Shown here in pieces: positions 1-9,361 of a stretch of 64,000 nt of DNA. Under the pieces are notes generated by a model. It was not told where the DNA came from. It worked only from the letters and a program-made list of their open reading frames with translations, and made no database searches. Position numbers and translations under genes: made by a program. Numbering within the stretch: position 1 is the first letter of the stretch; every line of letters starts with the position of its first letter. Source of the DNA: an uncultured delta proteobacterium (lineage in GTDB: Bacteria > Desulfobacterota > Binatia > DP-6); NCBI GenBank assembly GCA_963815115.1, contig CAWFFN010000007.1:192001-256000 (forward strand). Direction: 5' to 3'.

Positions 1-2
1 TC

Positions 3-557
3 TATCTCCCGGAGGTGATGCGCGGCGTCGCCGTCACCACGGGTCACTTCGTGCGCAACATGGCCCTGCACACGCTGCATCTCTTCGGGCTGGCGCGGAC
101 GCGCGCGGCGATGGTCACGGTCCAGTACCCCGAGCAGCGCAAGACCTACTCGGAAGGCTACCGGGGAGCGCACCGGCTGACCCTCAAGCCCGACGGCTCG
201 GTGCGCTGCACGTCGTGCTTCCTGTGTGCCACCGCCTGCCCGGCGAAGTGCATCCACATCGAGGCCGGGGAGCACCCCAGTCCAGAGGTCGAGAAGTTCC
301 CCGTGCGCTACGAGATCGACACCTTGCAGTGCATCTACTGCGGGATGTGCGTCGAGGCGTGCCCGTGCGATGCGATCCGGATGGACACCTTCGTGCACCC
401 GCGTATCTGGGGATACCAGCGCGAGGATTTCGTCGAGACCAAGCAGGTGCTGATGGAGCGCTCGCACATCCTCGAAACGCGGGGCCGGGAAGCGCTCATG
501 GACGACATGCTCGGCGGCTATCGCGAGGATGAGTCGCTCGCGGCGGAGGGCCGGTGA
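3..557 (+). CDS. nuoI: NADH-quinone oxidoreductase subunit I (5'-partial, begins before the window)
   Basis: Two CxxCxxCxxxCP motifs (CTSCFLCATACP, CIYCGMCVEACP) and TVQYPE..RGAHRL; frame is open back to the window edge (YLPEVMRG). Confidence 0.9.
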   Translation, partial: YLPEVMRGVAVTTGHFVRNMALHTLHLFGLARTRAAMVTVQYPEQRKTYSEGYRGAHRLTLKPDGSVRCTSCFLCATACPAKCIHIEAGEHPSPEVEKFPVRYEIDTLQCIYCGMCVEACPCDAIRMDTFVHPRIWGYQREDFVETKQVLMERSHILETRGREALMDDMLGGYREDESLAAEGR

Positions 558-778
558 TCCTGCTCGCGCTCTGGCGGCGGGGCCTGCTGCGGCGAGCCGA
601 CCGGGAGAAGATCGAGCTCTTCCTCGGCCGCGCGCGCGACCCGCTCCAGCTCTCCCGGCGCTACCCCCTGTGGCGCAGCCTGGGGCTCTTCCGGCTCCTC
701 GTCTCGCCGGCGTACGCGGCCGGCGTTGCGCGCTGGCTCGAGTACCGCATGAACCTCTTTGACGGCATCGAGGGATGA
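554..778 (+). CDS. small hypothetical protein (74 aa)
   Basis: GTGA overlap with nuoI stop and ATGA overlap with the next gene, i.e. coupled on both sides. Confidence 0.6.
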   Translation: MILLALWRRGLLRRADREKIELFLGRARDPLQLSRRYPLWRSLGLFRLLVSPAYAAGVARWLEYRMNLFDGIEG

Positions 779-1977
779 CGATGGCGAAGACGTATCAGCA
801 GATCATGACGGAGGCGAAGCAGATCGTCCCGGAGATCTCGCCCGACGAGGTCAAGACACGCCTCGCCAGCGCGAAGAAGCCGGTCGTGCTCGACGTGCGC
901 GAGCGCGAGGAGGTTCGCCAGGGCTACGTACCCGGTGCGCTGGCGATCCCGCGTGGCTTCTTGGAGATGCGTGTCGAGGAGTCGCTGCCGGACAAGAGCA
1001 CGCCGATCGTGGCCTACTGCGCCGGCGGCACGCGCTCGCTGCTCGCGGGCCGCATCCTGAAGGAGCTCGGCTACCAGGACGTGGCGTCCATGCGCGGCGG
1101 CTTCACGGCGTGGAAGAACCAGGGGCTTCCGGTCACCGAGGACCGGCAGTTCACCGCCGAGCAGCAGATCCGCTACAGCCGCCACTTCCTGCTTCCGGAG
1201 GTGGGCGAGGCGGGCCAGGCGAAGCTGCTCGACGCCAAGGTGCTGTGCATCGGCGCCGGCGGGCTCGGCTCGCCGGCGGCGTTCTACCTGGCCGCCGCCG
1301 GCGTCGGGACCATCGGCATCGTCGACATGGACGTGGTCGATCTCTCCAACCTGCAGCGCCAGATCCTGCACACCAACGATCGAATCGGCATGCCGAAGGC
1401 GGAGTCGGCCCGTCTCACGCTCCAGGCCCTCAACCCCGACGTCCGCGTGCTCGAGTTCCGCGAGCGCCTGTCGTCGGAGAACGCCTTCCGGCTCTTCGAG
1501 CAGTTCGACATCATCGTGAACGGCTGCGACAACTTCCCCACCCGCTACCTGGCGAACGACGCCTGCGTCATGCTGCACAAGCCGCTCGTCGACGGTGCCA
1601 TCTGGCAGTTCGAGGGCCAGGCGACGGTGTTCGATCCGCCGGAGGGTCCGTGCTACCGCTGCCTCTTCCCGGAGCCGCCGCCGCCCGGCGCGGTGCCGTC
1701 GTGCGCCGAGGCGGGCGTCCTCGGCGTGCTGCCGGGCATCGTGGGCTCCGTGCAGGCGCTCGAGGCGATCAAGCTGATCCTCGGCATCGGCAAGCCGTTG
1801 CTCGGGCGCATGATGCACTTCGACACGCTGGCGGGCGACGTCCGCTTCCTGAAGCTGCGGCGCGATCCCAAGTGCGTGGTGTGCGGCGAGAACCCGACGG
1901 TCAAGAAGCTGATCGACTACGAGGTGTTCTGCGGCCTCGCCGACCCGGGCCAGCCGGCGCGCCACCACGCGGCGTGA
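775..1977 (+). CDS. moeB: MoeB/ThiF adenylyltransferase with N-terminal rhodanese domain
   Basis: Rhodanese LDVRE and CAGGTRS loop; RYSRH, GAGGLGS, SNLQRQ, CYRC and CVVC zinc motifs. Confidence 0.92.
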   Translation: MTMAKTYQQIMTEAKQIVPEISPDEVKTRLASAKKPVVLDVREREEVRQGYVPGALAIPRGFLEMRVEESLPDKSTPIVAYCAGGTRSLLAGRILKELGYQDVASMRGGFTAWKNQGLPVTEDRQFTAEQQIRYSRHFLLPEVGEAGQAKLLDAKVLCIGAGGLGSPAAFYLAAAGVGTIGIVDMDVVDLSNLQRQILHTNDRIGMPKAESARLTLQALNPDVRVLEFRERLSSENAFRLFEQFDIIVNGCDNFPTRYLANDACVMLHKPLVDGAIWQFEGQATVFDPPEGPCYRCLFPEPPPPGAVPSCAEAGVLGVLPGIVGSVQALEAIKLILGIGKPLLGRMMHFDTLAGDVRFLKLRRDPKCVVCGENPTVKKLIDYEVFCGLADPGQPARHHAA

Positions 1978-2003
1978 GCCTCGGCCGCGGCTGAGACCGA
2001 GCG

Positions 2004-3347
2004 CTACGCCTCCGCGGGCTCGATGTTCTGATTGAGCCGGAAGAGGTTGGTCGGGTCGTAGGCTCGCTTGACGACGCGCAGCCGCTCGTACGCCGATCCG
2101 TATGCCGCCCGCACGCGGGCATCCTCGCCGTCCGCCAGGTAGTTCGAGTACACACCGCTCCCGAAGTACGGCGCCATGGCATCGGAGAAGCCGCGTGCCC
2201 ACGCCCCCGATGCGTCGGCGTGTTCCGGCTCCATCCAGATCGCGAGGGCCGCGAAGTTGTACGCCTCGGCCCGGTGGCTGAACGCGGCATCCCGGGCCCG
2301 CGTCGCGGCGCCGTGGAAGTGTTCCACGAAGAACGCCCCGAGCATGGGCGGCACGGCGGCGCCGTAGTCCACCATCGCCCCGATGGCGTCGTCGCCGAGC
2401 CCGCGCAGGAAGCTGCTGCGAGCATACGCCGCGGTGCGAATCGGTGGCGGGCTCAGGAGCTGCTGCATCTCGAGGTAGGGCATCGTCCGGAGATCGACGG
2501 TGTGGGGGCTGCCGAAGGTGGCGAGGGGTGCGAGGGCGGTCTCACCCCGCGCCGGATCGCCGCACCAGCACGCCGCGACCGAGAAGGCCGGACCGGCGGC
2601 GAGGGGGAGGACCCCCGCGAAGGCGGTGAGCTCGTCGGGCGCTTCCGAGGTGAACTCGCGATAGGCGCGAAGGACCTGGGCGGCCTCCGGGAACGGATAG
2701 CTGACGAAGCCGCCGTGGACGGTCGCGATCGGGTGGAGGCGGAACTCGAAGCCGGTGACGACGCCGAAGTTGCCGCCGCCGCCGCGCAGTCCCCACAGCA
2801 GATCGGGATGCTCCTCGCCGGACGCCCGCAGCAGCCGGCCGTCCGCGGTGACCACGTCGGCGCCGAGCAGGTTGTCGCAGGCCAGTCCGTACTTCCCCAT
2901 GAGCCAGCCGAGCCCGCCGCCGAGGGTGAGGCCGGCGACCCCGGTCGGCGGCGCCGTGCCCATCGGGGTGGCGAGGCCGTGGAGGTGCGTCGCCTGGTCG
3001 AGATCCCCGAGGGTGCAGCCGGCACCCACCTGGACGACTCGCCGCACCGGGTCGACCACCACGTCCCGCATCGGAGAGCAGTCGATCACGAGGCCGCCGT
3101 CGCAGGTCGCGTGACCCGAGAAGCCGTGGCCGCCTCCGCGGACCGCGATCGAGAGGTCGTGGCTGCGCGCGAACTCGATCGCACGCTGCACGTCGCCGGG
3201 ATCCGCGCAGCGCACGACGGCCGCCGGTCGCCGATCGATGCCCGCGTTCCACACGGCACGCGCGTCGTCGTAGCCGGCGTCTTCGGGGAGGACGACGTGC
3301 CCCCCGAGCGAGGCGGCGAACCGTCGAACCGTCGCGTCGTCGAGCAT
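2004..3347 (-). CDS. FAD-binding oxidoreductase, berberine-bridge/VAO family
   Basis: RGGGH flavinylation motif, GLTLGGGLG, RGGGGNFGVVT, C-terminal YDPTNLFRLNQNI. Confidence 0.92.
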   Translation of the reverse strand: MLDDATVRRFAASLGGHVVLPEDAGYDDARAVWNAGIDRRPAAVVRCADPGDVQRAIEFARSHDLSIAVRGGGHGFSGHATCDGGLVIDCSPMRDVVVDPVRRVVQVGAGCTLGDLDQATHLHGLATPMGTAPPTGVAGLTLGGGLGWLMGKYGLACDNLLGADVVTADGRLLRASGEEHPDLLWGLRGGGGNFGVVTGFEFRLHPIATVHGGFVSYPFPEAAQVLRAYREFTSEAPDELTAFAGVLPLAAGPAFSVAACWCGDPARGETALAPLATFGSPHTVDLRTMPYLEMQQLLSPPPIRTAAYARSSFLRGLGDDAIGAMVDYGAAVPPMLGAFFVEHFHGAATRARDAAFSHRAEAYNFAALAIWMEPEHADASGAWARGFSDAMAPYFGSGVYSNYLADGEDARVRAAYGSAYERLRVVKRAYDPTNLFRLNQNIEPAEA

Positions 3348-3409
3348 GTCGTCTCATCCCGCACTCGCGAAGACGGGTCAAATCTTCGACCGTGGACGGC
3401 GACACTCGG

Positions 3410-3952
3410 TCAACCGGCCTTGATGAACGTCGCGGCGTGGGTGCCGGCGACCGCGTACTTCCGCTCGAACTTGGAGAGCGGCCGCATCGGCGGCGCCGTG
3501 CCGGGCGTCAGACCGGCGGCGGCGAGCTGCCGGCTCATGCGCTCGTGCAGCAATGGCAGGTCGGTCGCGATGTGCACCAGACCTCCCGGGACGAGCGCGC
3601 GGGCCATCGCGCGGGCGAGCTGCGCATCGTCGAAGAGGCGACGGTGCCGGTGGCGCGTCTTCGGCCAGGGGTCCGGGAAGTAGACGTGGAAGGCTGCCAC
3701 CGACCCCGGGGGAACGAGCCGGCCGACGATGCACCGGGCATCGCCCGCGACCACACGGACGTTCGACAGCCGGCGCCCCACGGCCCGGGCGTCGAGGGCG
3801 CCGGCCAGGCCGACCGAGTGCTCGACGGCGAAGAAGTTGATGTCCCGCCGGGTGGCGGCGAAGGCGAGCAGCACCTCGCCGCGTCCCGGACCGATCTCGA
3901 TCTCGACCGCACGGGCGTTGCCGAACACGCCCAGCCAGAGGTCGGTCTCCAC
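3410..3952 (-). CDS. trmB: tRNA (guanine-N7)-methyltransferase
   Basis: EIGPGRG SAM motif, YFPDPWPKTRHRHRR, ATD, SKFERK. Confidence 0.88.
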   Translation of the reverse strand: METDLWLGVFGNARAVEIEIGPGRGEVLLAFAATRRDINFFAVEHSVGLAGALDARAVGRRLSNVRVVAGDARCIVGRLVPPGSVAAFHVYFPDPWPKTRHRHRRLFDDAQLARAMARALVPGGLVHIATDLPLLHERMSRQLAAAGLTPGTAPPMRPLSKFERKYAVAGTHAATFIKAG

Positions 3953-3963
3953 GAGCCATGCCC

Positions 3964-5730
3964 TCAGCGGCGGACCCCGGCCCGGCTCGATGCCGGCGTC
4001 CGAGGGCGCACGTTCCCGCCCTTCAGGCCGGCCAGGAACTGGGGGAGCGGCCTGGTGTTCAGCACGTCCGCCGCGGCCACCCAGCCGCGGCGGGCCTGGT
4101 CGATGCCGTAGCGCTCGCCGAACGCGAGCTGCGCGACGCTGTGCGCGTCGGAGTCGATGACCAGCTTGATGCCCGCCGCGACCGCCCGGCGGAGATGCTC
4201 GTCGCGCAGGTCGAGCCGCTCCGGGTAGGCGTCCAGCTCGAGCACGGTGCCGGTCTCGTGCGCCGTGGCGATGATCGCGTCGAGGTCGACGTCGTACGGC
4301 TCGCGCTTCTGGAGGATTCGCCCGGTGGGGTGGAAGAGGATGTCCGCGTTCGGATTCCGCATGGCGCGCAGGATGCGCGCCGTCTGCTCCGCGCGCGGGA
4401 GATGGAAGTGCGAATGGACGGCGATGCCGACGACGTCGAGTGCCGCCAGGGTCTCGTCGTCGATGTCGAGCGTGCCGTCCCGGGTGATGTTCACCTCGGC
4501 GCCGGCGAGTATCCGGATGCCGTCGAGGCCCTCATTCAGACGCGCGATCTCGCGCATCTGGCGCCGGAGCTTGGCGGCATCGGAGCCGCCGGTCATGGCG
4601 AGGCTGACGGTGTGATCGGTGATGGCGATGTACTCCATGCCGAGGTCACGCGCGCCTCGCGCCATCGCCTCGAGTGAATCGGCACCGTCGGTCCAGTCGG
4701 TCTGCGTCTGCAGGTCGCCGTGCAGCGTGCCGTGCTCGATGAGCTGCGGCAGGCGGCCGGCGAGCGCGGCCTGGATCTCGCCCTGATCCTCACGCAGCTC
4801 GGGCGGCACGAACGGGAGCCCGAGACGCTCGTAGACCTCGCGCTCGGTCCGTCCGGCCACCCGGCGCGTCCCGCGGAAGAGACCGTACTCGTTCAGCTTG
4901 AGGCCCTGCTGGATGGCGAGCTGGCGGAGGCCGACGTTGTGCGCCTTGCTCCCCGTGAAGTAGAGCAGGGCGGCGCCGAGGCTCTCGGCGAGGACGACCC
5001 GGAGGTCGACCTGGAACCCCGAGCGCAGCCGGACGCTGGAGCGCGTGCCGCCCCTGCCGAGGACGCGCTCGACCTCGGGCAAGCCGACGAAGGCGTCCAT
5101 CACCGCGGCGGGACGGCGCGCGACCGCGAGCAGATCGGCGTCCCCGATGGTCTCGCGGCGACGACGGATCGATCCGGCGATGACCAGCTGCGCGACACCG
5201 GGTACCGCCGCGAGGCGGCGGGCGAGGTCATCGACCACCGGCAGCACGGCAGACAGCGGATGCCGACCGGCGGCGGCCGCTCCGGACAGCGCCCGCAGGA
5301 TGTTCTGCTCGCTGCGCTCGCCGAAGTGGGACAGGGCCCGGACCTTGCCGGCGCGGGCGGCGGCTGCCAGATCGTCCACGGTTCGCACGCCGAGCGTCTC
5401 GTAGAGCGTGCGGACCGCCTTGGGTCCGATGCCCTCGAGCGCGGTGAGCCCTGCGATGTCGACCGGGAGGCGCTGGCGGTACTCCTCGTGGAGTGCGCAC
5501 CGCCCGGTGGTGAGCAGCTCCTCGAGCTTCTGCGCCATCGAGGCTCCGATGCCGGGGATGGCGCGCAGGACTTTCGGGCCGCGTTCGCGGAGGACGTCGG
5601 CGAGCGGACGGTCCTGTGACTCGATCGCCTGCGCCGCCTTCTCGTATGCCCGAGGCTTGAACTGGATGCCGTCCATCTCGAGGTAGGCGGCGAGGTCGCG
5701 GAAGACACGAGCCAGTCGGACGTTCTCCAT
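3964..5730 (-). CDS. polX: DNA polymerase/3'-5' exonuclease PolX (PolX core plus PHP domain)
   Basis: HhH motifs, GSIRR..ETIGDADLL, VDLRV, YFTGSKAHN, PPELRE; PHP motifs TDH, HPTG, SDAH. Confidence 0.95.
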   Translation of the reverse strand: MENVRLARVFRDLAAYLEMDGIQFKPRAYEKAAQAIESQDRPLADVLRERGPKVLRAIPGIGASMAQKLEELLTTGRCALHEEYRQRLPVDIAGLTALEGIGPKAVRTLYETLGVRTVDDLAAAARAGKVRALSHFGERSEQNILRALSGAAAAGRHPLSAVLPVVDDLARRLAAVPGVAQLVIAGSIRRRRETIGDADLLAVARRPAAVMDAFVGLPEVERVLGRGGTRSSVRLRSGFQVDLRVVLAESLGAALLYFTGSKAHNVGLRQLAIQQGLKLNEYGLFRGTRRVAGRTEREVYERLGLPFVPPELREDQGEIQAALAGRLPQLIEHGTLHGDLQTQTDWTDGADSLEAMARGARDLGMEYIAITDHTVSLAMTGGSDAAKLRRQMREIARLNEGLDGIRILAGAEVNITRDGTLDIDDETLAALDVVGIAVHSHFHLPRAEQTARILRAMRNPNADILFHPTGRILQKREPYDVDLDAIIATAHETGTVLELDAYPERLDLRDEHLRRAVAAGIKLVIDSDAHSVAQLAFGERYGIDQARRGWVAAADVLNTRPLPQFLAGLKGGNVRPRTPASSRAGVRR

Positions 5731-5757
5731 CGCAGCGAGCGGGCGGGACGCGATCCC

Positions 5758-6672
5758 CTAGCCGAGGAACTCGAGGAGCCAGCGGTTCACCAGCTCGGGC
5801 TGCTCCTGCTGCACCCAGTGACCGGAGTCGGCGATGTAGCGCACCTCGAAGGGGCCGCTGAAGAGCGGCTCCATGCCGACGGTCAGCTCCTTCCCCAGCG
5901 CGACGTCCTGCTCGCCCCAGACGAGGAGCGTGGGAGCCGCGATGGTCGGCCAGTCGGCGAGGGCACGCCGCGGCGGCGCCATCGGTCGTTCGCCGTAGAG
6001 GAAGTGGCGGGCGGGCTCGGGCAGGTTGGCGGGATCGCGGAAGGCGGCACGATAGTAGTTGATCGCGCTGTGGAGCGCCCCCGAGTGCATCGCCGCATCG
6101 CGCAGCCGCCGCAGGTCGTCCTCGCTGATCGCGTCGGTGCGCACGGTCGAGCGCCGGATGGCGCGGCCGATCGCCCGGGCGTGCCCGAGGCGGAGGAGGA
6201 ACTCGGGGAGCCAGGGAATCTGGAAGAAGAACATGTACCAGCTACGCGCGAGCTGGCGCGGACTGCCCCGCAGGTGCTGCACCATCATCGCGGGATGCGG
6301 GCAGTTCAGGACGGCGAGCTTGCGGACCACCGCCGGCCGCTCCATGGCGACGGACCAGGCGACCGCGCCGCCCCAGTCGTGCCCGACGATCGCCGCGTCG
6401 CGCTCGCCCAGGGCGTGGATCAGGCCTTCCACGTCGGCGATCAGCTCGGGCATGGCGTAGGCCGCCACGCCGGCAGGCTTCTCGCTCTCGTTGTAGCCGC
6501 GCAGATCCGGTGCCACGACCCGGAAGCGCGTCGCCAGCGCCGGAATCTGGTGGCGCCACGAGTACCAGAACTCGGGAAAGCCGTGGAGCAGGATCACGAG
6601 CGGTCCGTCACCGTCGACGACGCAGTGCAGGCGCACGCCGTTCGTGCGTATCTGTCGGTGCTGGAGGGGCAT
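5758..6672 (-). CDS. alpha/beta hydrolase, epoxide hydrolase-like
   Basis: HGFPE, GHDWGG (Asp nucleophile), SWYMFFFQ, GHWVQQE. Confidence 0.92.
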   Translation of the reverse strand: MPLQHRQIRTNGVRLHCVVDGDGPLVILLHGFPEFWYSWRHQIPALATRFRVVAPDLRGYNESEKPAGVAAYAMPELIADVEGLIHALGERDAAIVGHDWGGAVAWSVAMERPAVVRKLAVLNCPHPAMMVQHLRGSPRQLARSWYMFFFQIPWLPEFLLRLGHARAIGRAIRRSTVRTDAISEDDLRRLRDAAMHSGALHSAINYYRAAFRDPANLPEPARHFLYGERPMAPPRRALADWPTIAAPTLLVWGEQDVALGKELTVGMEPLFSGPFEVRYIADSGHWVQQEQPELVNRWLLEFLG

Positions 6673-6678
6673 GGGGGC

Positions 6679-6707
6679 TCGATAGGAAGCGGGTCGCGGC
6701 CTGTCAA
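6679..6707 (-). promoter_or_regulatory. sigma70-like promoter, probably leaderless
   Basis: TTGACA-17nt-TATCGA, then 6 nt to the ATG at 6672; no SD. Confidence 0.55.
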
Positions 6708-6736
6708 ACGGTTGCGGGCTGGGCTATGAGCCCGAC

Positions 6737-7510
6737 ATGGCCTTCGAGTTCATCCGCTACGAGACCCACGATCACGTCGCCCGCGTCACCATCGACCGAC
6801 CGCAGGTCATGAACGCCCTGCACCCGGCAGCGAACGACGAGCTGGCCAGGGCGTGGGACGACTTCGCGGCCGACCCCGAGGCGTGGGTGGCCATCCTCAC
6901 CGGCGCGGGCGAGAAAGCGTTCTCCGCGGGGAACGATCTCAAGTGGACGGCGGAGCACGGCATGCCGCGCATGCCGGCGACCGGATTCGGCGGCATCACG
7001 GCGCGCTTCGATCTCTGGAAGCCGGTCATCGCCGCCGTGAACGGCTTCGCCCTCGGCGGCGGGCTCGAGATCGCCCTGGCGTGCGACGTCATCGTCGCCG
7101 CCGAGCACGCCACGCTCGGCCTGCCCGAGCCGCGCGTCGGGCTGATGGCGGCGGCCGGCGGCGTCCACCGGCTGCCCCGGCACATCCCCCTCAAGGTGGC
7201 CATGGGCATGATGCTCACCGGGAAGCCCATCACGGCCCCGGAGGCGCTCCGGCTCGGGCTCGTCAACGAGGTGGTCCCATCGGCGAAGCTCATGGAGGTG
7301 GCCGAGCGCTGGGCGCGCGAGATCGCCGAGTGCTCGCCGCTGTGCGTGCAGGCGACGAAACAGGCCGCGCTCCAGGGTCTGGGCAAGCCCCTGCAGGAGG
7401 CGCTCACGACGGCGTACGAAGCAGTGGGACGCCTGTGGGCCAGCGAGGACTCGAAGGAAGGACCGCTCGCCTTCGCCCAGAAGCGCAAGCCTCGCTGGAC
7501 AGGGGCCTAG
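6737..7510 (+). CDS. enoyl-CoA hydratase/crotonase family protein
   Basis: FSAGNDL, AAVNGFALGGGLE, LPEPRVG, FAQKRKP. Confidence 0.93.
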   Translation: MAFEFIRYETHDHVARVTIDRPQVMNALHPAANDELARAWDDFAADPEAWVAILTGAGEKAFSAGNDLKWTAEHGMPRMPATGFGGITARFDLWKPVIAAVNGFALGGGLEIALACDVIVAAEHATLGLPEPRVGLMAAAGGVHRLPRHIPLKVAMGMMLTGKPITAPEALRLGLVNEVVPSAKLMEVAERWAREIAECSPLCVQATKQAALQGLGKPLQEALTTAYEAVGRLWASEDSKEGPLAFAQKRKPRWTGA

Positions 7511-7515
7511 CAGAG

Positions 7516-7800
7516 CGACCCGAGACTCCGTCTCGGGTCGAGAGTGAAGGCGAACGTGTGGCGTTCGGTGGATTGGGCGGACGCCGTGCCGCGGCCGGCG
7601 AAGCCGGCGCGGCAAAACGTGACACGCCCGACGTTCCAGCCCAATCCGTCGTGTGCCCCCCGCACCGTGCCGTCTTGGCTATCCGGTCGTGCTCCGGTCG
7701 CTCTGCTGCGGCGGCTTCGCCGCCCGCGGCATGACGGCCGCAGTGTTCATCACGTCTCACCCTCGCTTTCCGTCTCGACCCGAGACGGAGTCTCGGGTCG
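7516..7800. repeat. ~285-bp symmetric four-hairpin REP/MITE-like element, copy 1
   Basis: Terminal CGACCCGAGAC-TCC-GTCTCGGGTCG (7516-7540) and its exact reverse complement (7776-7800); inner hairpin pair at 7587-7614 and 7704-7731; homologous to 54720-55005. Confidence 0.85.
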
Positions 7801-7805
7801 CGCTC

Positions 7806-8375
7806 CTACTCGCCCTTGGCGCGCGACAGGTACGCCCCCGTCTCCGTGTCGACGCGGATCAGGTCGCCCTCGTTGACGAAGTTGGGCACCTGGACGATGA
7901 GGCCGGTCTCGAGGGTGGCGGGCTTGAGGGCGTTGGTGACCGTGGCGCTCTTGAGCCCCGGGGCGGTCTCGACGATCTTCAGATCGACGGTCTTCGGCAG
8001 GCTCACGCCGATCGGAGTGGTGTCGAAGAACTCGATCTGGATGCGCGAGTTCGGCGTGAGGTAGTTGACCGCGTCGCCCAGCGCCTCGCGGTCGAGCGCG
8101 ATCTGGTCGTAGGTCTCGGTGTTCATGAAGTGGTAGTGCCCGTCCTCGTAGAGGAATTCCATCTCCTGCTGGTCGAGGGTGGCGCGATCGACGCGATCCT
8201 CCGAGCGGAAGCGGTGCTCGGTCTGGGTGCCGGTCTTCAGGTTGCGCAGCTTGCTCTGCACCATGCCGCGCCAGTTGCCCGGCGTGACGTGTGTGATGCT
8301 CATGACGCGCCAGAGCGCGTTCTCGTGCTGAATGGTCATGCCCGCGCGGAGCTGCGTGGCGGGAATCAACGGCAT
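7806..8375 (-). CDS. efp: translation elongation factor P
   Basis: HVTPGNWRG loop, KPATLETG, VPNFVNEGD, YLSRA. Confidence 0.96.
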   Translation of the reverse strand: MPLIPATQLRAGMTIQHENALWRVMSITHVTPGNWRGMVQSKLRNLKTGTQTEHRFRSEDRVDRATLDQQEMEFLYEDGHYHFMNTETYDQIALDREALGDAVNYLTPNSRIQIEFFDTTPIGVSLPKTVDLKIVETAPGLKSATVTNALKPATLETGLIVQVPNFVNEGDLIRVDTETGAYLSRAKGE

Positions 8376-8438
8376 CGGGAAATCCTCCGGGGGGAATTGC
8401 GGTGAGCCGAGCTTCCTAGCACCGGCGAGCGCCGGGAT

Positions 8439-8762
8439 TCAACCCGGCTTGGGTGCCATCATCACGAGCAGCACCAGCCGTTCCGGCCCCGGGTTGTGCA
8501 CGCCGTGGTCCTCGCCGGCGGGCGCACACACGAGGTCGCCGGGTGCGACCGGGCGCTCCTCGCCGCCCACTCGGATGCGACCGGCGCCGGAGAGCACGTA
8601 GTAGAGCTTGTCGCCGACGGCGTGCTTGTGCCCGGCTTGCTCCTGGCCGGGCTCGAAGCAGTAGACGTCGCAGAAGAGGCTCGCGGTGTCGACGAGGCCG
8701 ACCTTCTTCATCTTCTCGGCGGCGAACGCGAGACGGTCGGGGACGCGGATGAAGCGCTCCAT
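8439..8762 (-). CDS. cupin domain protein
   Basis: ATG at 8762 after GGGAGG; cupin motifs GHKH..DKLYYVLSGAG and PGDLVCAPAGEDHG. Confidence 0.85.
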   Translation of the reverse strand: MERFIRVPDRLAFAAEKMKKVGLVDTASLFCDVYCFEPGQEQAGHKHAVGDKLYYVLSGAGRIRVGGEERPVAPGDLVCAPAGEDHGVHNPGPERLVLLVMMAPKPG

Positions 8763-8803
8763 CGTGTCGTCCTCCCAAGGCGGCGCCGCCGACGCAAGCC
8801 CGC

Positions 8804-9283
8804 TCAGCGGCCGAGGCCGAGACCGACCCAGGTCGTCCACACGGCCAGCGCGATCGCCAGCCATCCGCCGGCAGCCAGGCGCTTCAGCATCGACCGCTGG
8901 AGGTCGGGCTCGACCGGCAGGCCGCCGAGCTCCGCGCGCACGAGGCGGTGGGCCAGCCCGAACGACAGCCACGTGCCGACCATGGTGAGGAGGAAGGTCA
9001 GGGTCAGCTTGCCAGCGAGTGGCCAGACCAGGCGCGCGTACGCCGGACCGAGCGCCTGCTTCCACTCGGTGAGCGACGACGCACCCGACAGGATGAGGAC
9101 GCCGAGGGCGCCGACGCTGAGGACGTTGTACGGCCGCAGTCCGCGCGCGAGGACCCGGCGCTGCAACGCCGGGTCCTCGCCCAGGATGCGCGTGGCGGGC
9201 AGGAACACGACCACCAGAGCGAGGGTGCTTCCCAGGTAGGTAGCGAGCGCGAGAATGTGGAGGAGGCGGGCGAGGAAATTCAT
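8804..9283 (-). CDS. four-helix membrane protein (CopD-like)
   Basis: Four hydrophobic segments, N-terminal LHILA. Confidence 0.65.
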   Translation of the reverse strand: MNFLARLLHILALATYLGSTLALVVVFLPATRILGEDPALQRRVLARGLRPYNVLSVGALGVLILSGASSLTEWKQALGPAYARLVWPLAGKLTLTFLLTMVGTWLSFGLAHRLVRAELGGLPVEPDLQRSMLKRLAAGGWLAIALAVWTTWVGLGLGR

Positions 9284-9326
9284 GGCAGGCGGGTAGCGTG
9301 CGCGTTCGCGCCCTGCAAACCCGACT

Positions 9327-9355
9327 TTGACACGCGGATGCTCCAGGGCTACTTG
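9327..9355 (+). promoter_or_regulatory. sigma70-like promoter of nuoB, probably leaderless
   Basis: TTGACA-17nt-TACTTG, then 6 nt to the ATG at 9362. Confidence 0.6.
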
Positions 9356-9361
9356 AGCGAC

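Noticed and set aside
7516-7800. CRISPR array or autonomous IS
   Set aside because: Repeats are inverted rather than direct with unique spacers; no cas or transposase ORF
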